64,000 nt of DNA, taken from the NCBI RefSeq assembly GCF_016433145.1, contig NC_058132.1:8292523-8356522 (forward strand), given 5' to 3'. Source of the DNA: Gracilinanus agilis. Its lineage: Eukaryota. Shown in pieces: positions 26,099-37,700 of the stretch. The notes under the pieces are model-generated. The model was given only the letters and a program-made list of their open reading frames with translations, was not told where the DNA came from and ran no database searches. Position numbers and translations under genes: made by a program. Numbering within the stretch: position 1 is the first letter of the stretch; every line of letters begins with the position of its first letter.

Positions 26099-27654
26099 GC
26101 TTCCTAAAAGGTCATGGGCTAAGGAGCCTGGGATCTCTCAGCCCATCCCAGCAGCTGATTGTCACTCACTCTGCATCTTCCCAGAGCCTGGAGCCTCATC
26201 ACGTCCCTGGGCAGCATCTGGGCCTGACAAGATCCCCTGCCTTGGCTCAGTCCCCAAATCTGTCCCCTAAAGACTTTCTCCTCAGACTCCTTAGAGGTCA
26301 CGCCTTACTTTACACATCAGGAAACTGAGGCCCAGAAGAGGTAACTTGCTTGCCTAAGAGTAAAAATCTTTCATTTTGCTGAGAAGGAAATTGGGGTTCA
26401 GCCAAAAAAGGTCACAGTTCAAAGGTGGCAGAGCCAGGATTACAGGTCTTGGACCCCTAGGCTGGGGTTTTCTTTTGGCTCATCTCTCCCCTTGGGGTCC
26501 AGTGGGTACAAGAGCTGAGTGATCCACAAATTCCTCTCTTCCCAGAACTCACCATTCCTTGCTCTACCTCCAGACCTTTACCCCATCTGTGCCTTGCTCC
26601 CTTTCGGGCTAGCTTGGGTGCCCTTTCCTCCCTCCATGGGGCCTTTCTGGATTCTCTAGAATTACCTTGGTTTTGCTGCCCTGGCCCTCCTTGCTTCTTC
26701 CCCCCCAGAAGGGTGGACTGCATGGTGGGCTGCTTTCTTTCTCTCTCTCTCCACCCCAGGGCTCCCCTACCTCAGGCCCCACAGAGCGGAACCAGCAGCC
26801 TCCCACCACCTGTTGAGACAAGCCCCTTCCTTTTCTGGGGCCTCATTCTGAGGCGGAGCCCCGGGTCCTTGGGGCCCCATCATGGACCCCTGCCCACCCT
26901 ACCCTGGGAGGGCGCTGAGAGTTACCCACTTTCTGGTGCCAGGCTGGTAGGTCTGGGGCCTTGGAGGTCGGCCTCCTGCGTCTGCATGCTCTCCATGGTC
27001 CCCCAAGAGAGGAGGGGAACTGCCAGGCCCAGGGTCAGAGGACAGCCTCGGTTTCCCTGCAGAGCAGAGACCAGTCCTGAGCCCATGCCCACACCCAGCC
27101 AGCACCCCATCTTCCATCTTAATTATGGCCTGCCTGCTTTAATTGAGGCCCGATGGAGCCTGTTCTCCCTGGTCCGCCAGGGGCCTCGGGGCCTGGGCTG
27201 GGCCTCACTCTCCCATCCTGTCTGGGGCCTGGCAGGGGTGCTGCTGCTGTTGCAAGGCGCTGGGGACTCCTTCCCCACCCCCACTCCACAGGGGTCCCCA
27301 GGGGCCTCTCGAGGGGCTGGGAGGGGGCAGCACCTTCTTCCTGGGGTGGCCTGGCAGGGGCTGGGGGCTACCCCTAGGAGTCCCTGGGCTCTCTGCCCCG
27401 TTTTGGCCCATTTCTCACAAGGCCTGACAGGTTGGGCGGCTGTCTGACCAGATCTTGGGCCTGACAGGATTGGGGGGGATTCAGCAACGCCCTTTGGGGC
27501 CCTTTCCCACGGGGCTGGAGGCCTTTCTGAGGCTCGGGAGCCCGGGAGAGGATTCGAGGCCCTTCCTCACAGGGCTTGGGGTCCCCTTTCTCACAGGCCC
27601 CAAGTCCCCTCTGGCCCGCCAGTCTTGGGGTGCCTGGGGGGCTCCACCCCTCAC

Positions 27655-27930
27655 CCTGCCGCCCAGCTGGGGCTGCAACAATTAGCGGGAAACTGGGGCC
27701 GAGGTGGAGCATGGGGTGGGGGAAGTGGGGGGACCTTTTCCCGCCAGAATCAGCAGACCTGGGGCGTCGAAGGAGACGACCGCGTGTGCGCATGCGCCTC
27801 TGGTCTAGCTGCCCTCCCCCTCCCCAGGGCGCCCCCTCGAGGCAGGGCGCAGGCGCAGGCACACCAGAGCACAGCGACCGTTGCCCAGTGTGCGCATGCG
27901 TAGTGGCCCAGCTTACGGCTGCGCAAAGAC
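27655..27930 (-). promoter_or_regulatory. KASH5: Probable KASH5 CpG promoter and non-coding first exon
   Basis: CpG-dense patch with NRF1-type TGCGCATGCG at 27787 and 27891, GCGCAGGCGCA near 27847, a MYB-type site (CAACGG on minus, 27878-27883) and a minus-strand donor CAGG|GTGAGG with exon end at 27655. Confidence 0.55.
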
Positions 27931-30411
27931 CCTCCTCCTTCTCTGCTCCAGTCGTGGAGCTGAGAGGGGAGAGAAGGGGCTGAGGCCGTTTGGGGCCAAC
28001 CTTTCCCCCTCCCCAAGCCACGGTCTCCATCTTGCTTGGTTCTAAGCCTTCCCAGGGATTCTCTAGAAAGTGGCAGGGAATGAAAGAGGAGACTTGGCTG
28101 CCCCAGGGCAGGAAGAGACTTACGGGCTCTCACCCACCCACGGTGTGCTACGATCGAGCACCGTTCGAGCGCTGCCCATGTCCGTGAATAGAAGAAGCCT
28201 CCCCCACCCGGGGGTCCCCCACCTCTTACCACCGCCAACCCCCAGGCCATTGACAATGTAACAATGCCCCAAGTGCCCCCGGTGCCCCCCTTCACAAACA
28301 GCTCCACACCTCCCGGTGCGTCTCTGATTTCCGGGGACCGCCCCTTGAGGAAAGCCCTGCCGCTTCCTCTCTTTTCACGCGCTCCCTAAACCTGGGGCAA
28401 ATCCATGGAAATACGGAGCAGCCGGCTCTTTCCTCCGCTTCTGGTTGCACTGGCCATTTGAGATTTGGGGAAGGAAGCAGGCAGTGTCCGGGGAGGGTGG
28501 GATGGCCCCAGGGGTGCACTCCCAGAACCCCGCTGGTGCCAGCCTCCCAAAGCGTCAAAAGGTCTAAGCAGCACATTGAAGTGGGGGGTGGGCTCGCTGC
28601 GGGGCGAGGTTTCTACCGGAGAATGGAGAGCGAACAAGCTGGAGTGTAGTGATGTGTCCCTGCGCCCTGTGACTCTTAGATCAGAGCAGCTTATTCCACT
28701 CCCAAATCGGACTGGATCAAAAACAGGTCGAGGGCGGAAAAATCCACTTTACCAGGAGAGGCTGTGAAGAACCTCTTCCAGCTCACTTGTGTTTTCGTCG
28801 TAGAATCCATGTTTTTTAGCCAGTATGTGCTAAATGAGTGAATGGAGGGGGGGGGGGGAGGGGGCGCGCTAAGCCGAGTAGAAATCTAGGGTCATGAGTC
28901 AAGAAATGTAGGAGTTATTGAAATATTCCCACGTAATGGTCCACTCGGCGCTAGGAGAGGCTGCGAAGGTGAGTGGGCTAGGTACTTTCTGCACCCACAT
29001 CCTTGGGCGCTGTTGAAGCAAGCTTTGAGCATCACCTGGTGGCTGGGCCAGCTATGGCACCCTGAGTGGCTCAAACCACACCCTGAACTACCTGGGCAGA
29101 ACACTGTTCTGGAACTCCCAACTGGTTCCATGAAGGCACAAATGTGTTTCCCAGGGCATAGGGGGCCAGCTGACCTCCAAACATGGCAGCTGGCAACCAC
29201 TGGAAAGCCTCGGAGGATTATAGAAATGGGGCCACAAGTGAGAGGTTAGGACTAGGATAGGACAGAGTTGAGACTGGAGATAACTCACATCTCTAAGTAA
29301 TATCCCAAACTAGGGAAGCATCTAAGTTTTGTGCTCCCCAGGAGAGAAAAGCATAAAGGCAGGAGTGCATGGCAGGAGGACAGAAAGCAAAACCTTTTGT
29401 TCCTTTGGGTTGGAAAGTTGGGAATTTTCTAACCTTCTGACATCTAGTACAATGAATTTCAAATTAACACCAGACCCAGGCATTCAAAAGAAGAGGGTCT
29501 TGGATGTTGGGAAGGGGGGCACCACGGCTAGCTTTTATCCGACTTTCCTTAGGTATGATTTTTACAAAGCCTGCGACTCTGGGCTACATATCAAGAGCTT
29601 TGTCAAGGAGAGGCTTTCTAACCACTGCATTGCAGATAGGAGAGGTAGCAGCTGGACCTCAAGAACTGAAATACAACTGAACCGATAGAAATAGCGAGCA
29701 CAGAAGAGTGGGATAGTATCCTTCGAGGACATAGGCAGCCCCACAAAGCCAGGAGGTGGGAGTGGCCCTGGCTCCAGGGGTTCCTGAGGTATGTGCCCTT
29801 TCACGTATATTCCCCAATAACCCATTCTCTTCATGGGCTCTGTCTCCCCCATTCTCTTTCATTAGTGCAGTCAAGTTGTGGTAGAATGCATCCTACCTGC
29901 AGTTTCTTTAGTATTTTATTTGAAACTAGTGGGTCCTTTGGTAGCATGTCAGTGGAGGGAGACTGATGAGCTGTGGATGTTGTGACTTACAGAGCAGCTC
30001 TACTTTTCTGGAGAGCTGAAGGAGTGTCATAAAACCTACAACTGGTTTTTGTGTATCTTCTGGCTGGTGCAAAACTCTCATCTCCTTATTTTATCAGTGG
30101 GGAAACAGACTCAAATAACTTGCCCAAGGCATTGGAGGTGACATGTGACCCAAGTTTCTGGATTCCAATCCAGGAACTCACTTTTTCCTCTGCTTCAGGC
30201 TGTGGCGGTGGAAGAGGAGAGAAGAGAGGGAGAAAAGGCCAAAGATGAAAGACACAGCGCCTTGGCATCACAGAGCCTGGCTGGAGAGGACAGCCTTGAT
30301 GCTGTTTTCATTGAAGATAGAACTTTATTTATTTCCAATGGTCTGATGCAGGCATTCATACCTATCTCCTCTACTACTGCCTTCAGCCTGCCACTTTGCC
30401 AACCCCAGGGC

Positions 30412-32470
30412 CTAGAGCTTCCTGGGGGGCTTTAGGAGGTAGAAAAAATGGGCCCTTCGGGGGTGGAAGCGGAAGGGGGCTTCCTCGTGAGCTCCCTCCC
30501 GAAGCCCATCCCGGATAGCTTGAAGCCGATGACGCTTCTCACTGAGCCAGCCGCTCCCAGGCTGGCTCTCAACTTGGCCCATCCGATGGGGCAGCTTGAT
30601 AATCCAGAAAGACACTCTGGGCTGGGTTTCAGCACGGAAGCTGCTCAGTCCACTGCTGGGGAGAGCCTGGGGTAGTTCATTTTCCTCATCCTCAGGTGCC
30701 TAGAATCATAGAACCCCAACATCTCTGAGCTGAAAGGGATTTCTCCACCCAAACAAGAATCCCCCAAGATATCATCTCTTGAAAAGCAGACACTGACAGC
30801 CTTTGCTTGAATACTTCTCTGGATGGTGAACTCTCTACCCACCTTGTGGCCAACTCTTAACTTCTTCCTCTCTATTTCTGCCTCTGCCACCTCACCTACT
30901 GCTCCAGGGGCTACCAACTGGGGCTGTGCAATCATGAGATGTAAGGAAGTCTGGCCTCTCTCCTTCCTTCCACAGGAAGAGGTCTCCTCACTCTTTCCCC
31001 GTCATTCCCTCCCCGTTTCATTCCATTTCCCGCACTCCCACCCCCAATGACCAGGGAGTCCAAGGCACGGACAAAAAGGAGAGCAGCTCCCTCGGTCCTG
31101 TCCCTCGTGCCTCATTTTCCTCATCCTCCTTCCTTGGAAGCTCCAAGAACCTTCCCAAGAATCCTTCCCAACACTGAAATTCACTGGGCAGTAAGAGCAT
31201 CTCTGACCTTCCAGTTATCCTCGGAGTTCCCTTCCGAAGGCCCAATTGCAGCTACTACCTTTTCTGAAATCATCACATCTCCGGTCTGATTGTCAGTCAC
31301 CTGTGTGTGTATATGTACGGGGTGGGGAGGGGGTGGGGGGGCAGGCAGAGAACACAAGCTGGATTCTCTTTACCAACCTCTTATCTGCCCCTTCCCAAAT
31401 GCTGCTCTCAGCTGCCATTGACGGTATTTGGGATGGCTCAAAGTCAGACGAAGAGGGACTAGGCCAGAGTGGGACGGAGCAGAGATGACTGGCTGGCTAT
31501 AGGCAGCTGGGCAGGGCCGTGGAGGAGGGGAAAGGGACTGACCTTGTCTATCTGGTGGTGACTGTAGACAGTGCTGTTACCCAAGTGGCCTTGTTTCTGG
31601 TCCTCATTGTGGTAATTGGAGGGGAGGCTCCTCAGGTCCAAGGAAGGTGTCAAGGTGTCCATGCCTCGAAGCAGATCCTCCTGGTGGAAGGAAAGTGTGA
31701 AGCCCAGGGCAGGTGGAAGTGGAAGAGAGGCCAGAAAGGGATATGGGGCAATCGGTAGAAGGGGGTTAAACCTCCTCCAGCCAGCCCTTGGGTCTGCTCT
31801 CAGGAGTTTGCCTCTCCCTTTCCGTTTCCCAAACCTCCAGCTTTTCTGCAGATTCGCTGGCCAGTCCTCCATCTTTCCCCTTCTTCTCCACCAGAGGGTC
31901 GGGCTCTCCATCCTCCCATCTTGTGGTCCTCCCCTTTCCTTTGTAGCTCCTCCTTCTCTTCCTGCCTTTTACCAGTTCCTTGTCGCCACCCTCCTGGATG
32001 GCTGAGCCCCCCTGCCCCTCCCCGTCCCTCTGTCCCTCGTTTTCATCCTTCTGTCCCATCTGGCAGGTTCCGCCTGCTTTCCCTCATCCCCGGCTTTGTC
32101 CGCCGTCCCTAGAGATCTGTCCCCTGTCCTTCTGCCTCCCCGCCCCTCGGGCCCTCGCTGGGAACCGCCTGCCGTCCCCCCACCCCCCAGTCACCGCCGG
32201 GAGGAAGCATTTCCCCAGGGCCTCCCGTCGTCCTCCCCGTCCCTCAGCCTTTCTTCCGCTCACCCGAAAGAGGAGGCGGTTGAGGCTACGGAAAAGACTG
32301 TGGATGCCCAGCAGCCCCAGGGGGCCCAACTCCGGACCCTCAGAAGTGTCGGGGCCCCCGACGGAGTGGCTGTGCCCGCGGGCATGCTCAAGGATAGAGA
32401 CGGGTGCAGCTTGGTCCTCGGGGGTAGCGGCCAGGAGCAGGAGCAGCATCAGCAGGGGCTGGGGCCACAT
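30412..32470 (-). CDS. DKKL1: Dickkopf-like protein 1 (Soggy), secreted acrosomal glycoprotein, 241 aa
   Basis: Coding exons 32470-32264, 31680-31543, 31300-31208, 30699-30412, all phase 0, total 726 nt. Signal peptide MWPQPLLMLLLLLAA. Motifs HLGNSTVYSHHQIDK, VTDNQTGDVMISEKVVA and RVSFWIIKLP...WLSEKRHRLQAIRDGL match recalled human DKKL1. AATAAA on minus at about 30324-30333. Confidence 0.95.
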
Positions 32471-32578
32471 GGCGGGGCGGGGCCTTGGAGGGACGGAGAG
32501 GGGCGGAGGTCAGAAGCCCTGCCCCAGGCCCCGGCTAGAGCCCGCCCTCCTCCCCCCAGCTGGGCTCTCGGACCTCAC

Positions 32579-33300
32579 CTGTGCGACAGCCCACAGACCC
32601 TGGCTGGCGACGGGAGAACCCACCCCCACCCCACGCACAACCGCCCCGTCCCGTGCCCCGCCACGCCCCCTCCGCTGCTGGGGTCCCCCGAGAACGTGCT
32701 GGAACCCCCCCCAGAGGATCCTGAGCGTGGGCGCACAGAGCCAGACCGGGCTCGAGGCTGTCACCCGACTAGAGCAGAGCAGGCTGGGAAATGGGGTCCG
32801 GAATCCAACATCCAGTCCTCCGAGGCCCTCAAGAACCCAGGCGCTCTGCTTCCCCTTCGTCCCAGCGGAGTATTATTTGCTCCTGGGCCCCGGGCCAGAC
32901 CCTCCAAGCCCCAGGCGTCCGCTGCCCCAGGCCCGCCACCTCCCGGGATCCAGGCCCTTGGCAGCCCCCAGGCCTCTGTGGAGCAGTCTGGGCCGCCAGC
33001 CAGCCCCCTTTCAGGGACCTGCGCCTGCCTTCGGACCCTTTCGTTGCCTCACCCCGTTCTCAAAGACCCCGTCGGCTTGTACCCCTGTCACTCTGGGACC
33101 CTGCCGGAGCGTGCAGTCCCCAACGACTGCTGGCTTTGTGCCCAGAGGGCACGGGGAATGAGTGCTGCCCCGCCCTGAGCTGAGGTCACAGGGGTGCTGC
33201 TGGAGTCGTCACAGAGGCGCCGGGAGCGCCCCCGCCCCCCGCAGGGCCACCTCCCCTGGGTCGGGTCATTCTCCTCCACCCGGGGCTCGCCATTCTTTCC
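32579..33300 (-). promoter_or_regulatory. DKKL1: DKKL1 CpG-island promoter and probable non-coding exon 1
   Basis: GC/CpG-rich block. The minus donor CAG|GTGAGG (exon end 32579) and the acceptor at 32483 define a 95-nt intron ahead of the Kozak-context ATG at 32470. Confidence 0.55.
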
Positions 33301-34461
33301 TGAGCCTCCAACGATCTCGGCTTTAACTGTGAGCCAAAGCCCGCTAGGCCGAGATTCTCCATCCTAATCTCTGCCTCCTCCTGACTGGGTGACCCTGAGC
33401 AAGTCATTTTAGTTCTCGGAGCTCTAGGCAAGACTAGAAGGTGCGGGGAAGGTCCTGACCAGCCCGGGGAGGAGTCTTCTCACCTGGAGGTTCCCTCGCC
33501 AATAAAATCTCAGTTCCAGTTCTGAGCCCTGTTTGTGTACACAGTAGGCACTAAATAAATGTTTGCCCAGGGTGGTCAGGGACTGAATTCCCTGAAGGAG
33601 AGACAGTGCTGCATCCTATATTCTTTCCCAGAATCCCAGTCCTGGAAGGGACCTCCAGAGCGCAACCTTAGAAGTGAACCCCCAGTTGAAGTTAAATCTT
33701 CCTTACAATAAGCCTGACACCCATCATCTAGCCTCAGCTTGTAGACCCCCTCAGCGATGGCCAACTCACTCTGAGCTCCCTTTCTCCCACATATACAAGC
33801 CCATTTAGTGGGACATGGGGCAGGCTGCCCCTGGGCAAATGGGACCAGAGCTCCTGTGTGAAAGGGGCAGTGGAGTCAGGTCACAGGAATGGAGGCACAC
33901 TTTATGAACCTGGCCCAGGTTTATTATCAGTCAGTCAGTCTACATCTAATAAGTGTCTGCTATGTGCCAGGCATCTTGGTAGGACACTGAGGTTACAAAG
34001 AATGGCAAATGTCCATCCCTGCCCTTGAGAAGGTCTAACAGGGAGACAGCGTGGAAACAACTAAATAGGAACAAGATATGTACAAAGCAAACTGGAGGGA
34101 TTTGACAGAGGGGAAACAGGAAAGGCTTCATGTAGAAGGTAAGACTTTAGCTGGGACTTGAAGGAAGCTGAAGAAGCCAGGAGGTAGACTGTCACTGTGC
34201 TGCCCTCTACCCCCTTCCCAATGCCTTGTCTTATTTTGTGCTGATATCTTCTGTCCATGATTCCCCTGGTCTTGTCATCAGGTCTCTGATCCCTCTGACT
34301 ATCTTCAGTCACCTAACACTGTCCAAGATCCACCAAGAATGCTGTGGTTAGTAAGCCTCTCCCTGAAAAGGAGACTGTGGCTGTTTCTTGCTGTTTCCTA
34401 GTCTCTTCCAGTGTCTCATCTATAGTCCTCAGCTGAGGCAACATCTTCAGAGCATCTATAC

Positions 34462-34560
34462 CAGTGATGGCGAACCTATGGCACAAGTGCCAAAGATGGC
34501 ATGCAGAGTACCTCTGTGGGCACACACACACCCCGCCCAGAGTTTGTTACTAGAAAGGCA
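34462..34560 (+). mobile_element. Truncated hAT/Charlie-type DNA transposon end (OposCharlie-like), next to a MAR1 tail
   Basis: Starts CAGTGATGGCGAACCTATGGCAC, a recalled hAT terminal repeat, after atctatac. The other terminus was not seen. Confidence 0.55.
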
Positions 34561-35919
34561 GAATAGAAAGGAAAGAAAGAGAGGAAATGGCAAACCATTC
34601 CAATATCTCTGCCAAGAAAACCTCAGATGGAGGCGTGGAGAGTTGGACTCGACTAAAAAGTGACTGAACAACACCCCAGAGGTCGTCACAGGGCTGTTTT
34701 GAAGATCAAACAAGGTAGTATTTGTAAAGCACTTAGCACAGTACCTGGTACATTGCAGGCACCATCTAAATGTTAGCTATTATTAACTCTACAAACAAGA
34801 TCTATACAACTTGGAGGAAAGGTGCTAACATTAAGGGGGAGCAGGGCTCTGTAAAAGACTTTTTGTGTTATATTCAACACTTAAAAAATCCTTACTTTCT
34901 GTGTTAGTAACAACTTTAAGACAAAAGGGTGAGCAAATGGGGTTAAATGATTTGCCTAGGGTCACACACCTGGGAAATATCTGAGGCCCAATTCGAACCA
35001 AGGTCTATCCATTGTGCCAAGTATAGCTGCTCCATTTTTCATGTGTTACCTAGAGATCACACTGGCAGAATCATAGGTTGCCCTACCAGGGTATGGGTTC
35101 AAGTACCCACAGCAAGGTAGCATATTTGGTTTGTTGTCGGGTGGTGTCCGATGCCCAAAGCTCATTATAATCCAGTTCCTTATAAACTGAGCATGGCTGG
35201 ATTTACCTTTTCTTTGAAGGCCTTTATCAAGGGTTCTTAATCTCCCTTTGGTATCCTGGCAAAGCTTAAGTATGGTCCCTTTCTCAGAATATGGCCCAGC
35301 TGACCTGGGAGCTATGCCAGTGATTCAAGGCCTAGCTCTTTGGACCAATTAAGTCTTCAGGTAGACGGGTTTGAATGAATGGCCCAAGACCTCATGTGAC
35401 ACGAATTATTAGCGGATATGTGGACGTGTCTGGATTTTATGGGACTCTTCGACAATGAGTGGAAAGGCTGATGACAGCATTAGACCATCCAGCTTGTCTA
35501 AAGCTGCTCATCAACCAAGCCTCTGTTAGAGTGTGGGCCACGTAGGGCTTCAGAGTTCAGAGAGTATGCCTCAAAGGAAAGAGAATTGGATCTGCTGGAG
35601 TCAGGGGACCTGGTTCAAATCCTGCCTCTGAAGTTGGGCCTGGGCTAGTCACTTAACCTCATTAGGCATCCATTATCCTTCAAGTCAGGGGGTTGGACTC
35701 AGTGGCTTCTCAAGGCCTTTCCATTTTGAGTTTTGGGGATACTTGGACTTCCAAAAGAGGGGAGCTTCCACGGGCTGGCCCCGGCCAGAGAATCTCTAAT
35801 ACCACCAGGACTTTCTTCTTCCTTTGTTCCTTTTTGAGTTCATTTGGGTGGCTAATAGCCAGAGTTTGTGAAGGCCCCTACATCTCCGTAAGAGCTCTCT
35901 CCTTCACAGGCCGCAGAGT

Positions 35920-36110
35920 TGTTATTATTCATCCTGCATTTTCAAAGAGGACCAATGGCAGACATCACGATGATGGGCGATGACTTTTGCTTGAACTGGA
36001 TTTCAGGGCGGCACCGTGGCACAAAGTCCTCAGACGCACTCTTTCATCTCAAACTGTACTAGAAAGCAGTAATCATCAGTGCAGTCTAGTCCTGGCTAAG
36101 GCAGAGAACG
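35920..36110 (+). mobile_element. WALLSI/RTE-related marsupial SINE fragment (related piece at about 38400-38725)
   Basis: ttcaaagaggaccaat...gacatcacgatg...gaactggattt matches a recalled marsupial repeat. Confidence 0.45.
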
Positions 36111-36129
36111 GTGGATCCATGGACCAGAT

Positions 36130-37700
36130 GAGACTTCAACAACCCGATGTTTGAGAAACCCAAAGCTCGGAGGGTAAGAACACACCCTTTAACGAAAACC
36201 GCTGGGGAAACTGGGAAACAGTACGGCAGAAACTGCGTGTAGGCCAATATCTCACTCCCTATACCAAGATATGGTCAAAATGGGCATAAGATTTAGACGT
36301 AAAGCGTGATCCCATGAATAAATTGTGGGAATGTGCGATAGTTTACCTGGAAGCTCTATGGAGAGAGGAAGAATTGATCACCCAAAACAGAGATAGAGAG
36401 CATTATAAGATGCAAAATGAATAATTTTCATTCTATTAAATTTAAAAGCTTTCGTACAGACAAAACCAAGATGAGAAGGGAAACAACAAATTGGAGAATT
36501 TTTTTTTATAACGAATGTTTCTGATAAAGGCCTAATTTCTCAAATTTACAGAGAGCTAAGCCAAATTTATAAGAATCCAAGCCATTCCCCAATTGGCAAA
36601 TGGTCAAAGCCGGGTACCAACGAGCAATTTTCAGATGAGCAAGTGTTCTAAATCCCTCTTGATTGGAGAAATTCAAATTAAAATAATGCTAATGCACCAC
36701 CTCACACCTATCAGATTGGCTAATACGACAGTAAAGGAAAGCGATAAATGTTGGAGGGGATATGACAAAATTGGGACACTGATGCATTGTTGGTGGGGTT
36801 GTGAACTGACCAACGATACTAGAGGGCAATTTGGAACCATACCCAAAGGGCTATAAAATTGTGCATACCCTTTAATCCAGTAATATCACTTCTGGGTCTG
36901 TATATGCCCCCCAAAATCATTAAAAAAATGGAAAAGGACCTGCCTGGAGAAAAATATTTATAGCAGCCCTTTTTGTGGTGACAAAGAACTGGAAATTAAA
37001 GGGATGTCAATTGGGGAATGGCTGAACAAAGTGTGGTATATGATGGCAATTGTAAAAGTGAAATTTGGGAAATGTATCAAACTACATTTCCCGTGGTCCA
37101 ACTGGTTGCCGTTTCCGGTTTTTGGGCTTGGGAAGGCTTACGTCTTGACGCAGGGAAGGGTTTAAATCTCCTGGGTTAGGAGGAAGTGGTCTCTTTGCTA
37201 GTAGGGTCTTGGCCAGCAGATTTGGGAGGTAGAGACAGGAAACAAAATGGAGGCGGCAGTTTTGAATGCTTACAAGCACGTGGTCTAATGATTTTATCTA
37301 TCAGCATGGCTTTAATTAAAATACTAATTTATATATTTATACCAGCATTTATCATTTTTCATATTTATACAATAGAATACTATTGCATTATAAGAAAAGA
37401 TGAACAGGATGATTTCAGAGAAAGCTGGAAGGACCTACATGAACTGATGGAGAATGAAATAAGCAGAACCAGGAGAACACTGTACACTCTAACAGCAATA
37501 TTGTGGAATGATCAACTGTGAAAGACTTAGCTACTCTCAGCAATACAATGATCCAGAACAATTCTGAGGGACTTATGATGGAGGATGCTGTCCACTTCCA
37601 GAGAGAGCTGGATGCAGATCAAATCATACTACTTTTCACATTCGTTTATTTACAGTTTTATTTGGGGAGTTTTGGTTTCGTGTGAATATTCTCTTACGAA
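36130..37700 (+). mobile_element. L1 ORF2 3' part and 3'UTR, interrupted by a solo LTR
   Basis: HHLTPIRLA, KCWRG, GTLMHCWWGC and WKDLHELM motifs. Confidence 0.85.
37051..37369. mobile_element. Probable solo LTR inserted in L1
   Basis: Begins TGTAAAAG; flanked by CAAT direct repeats (37047-37050, 37370-37373); L1 sequence resumes in register. Confidence 0.7.

Noticed and set aside
26614-27447. 277-aa plus-strand ORF
   Set aside because: GC-rich, low-complexity, no homology; lies in the probable KASH5 intron 1.
29562-29852. Minus ORF faintly like a piggyBac transposase
   Set aside because: Too few conserved residues, and no catalytic motif or TIRs; needs an HMM search.
31980-33178. Plus ORFs of 393 and 360 aa, including PFSKTP, similar to TEAD2 PFSQTP
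   Set aside because: Antisense to DKKL1 and its CpG island; the six-residue match has no flanking similarity or matching splice sites.
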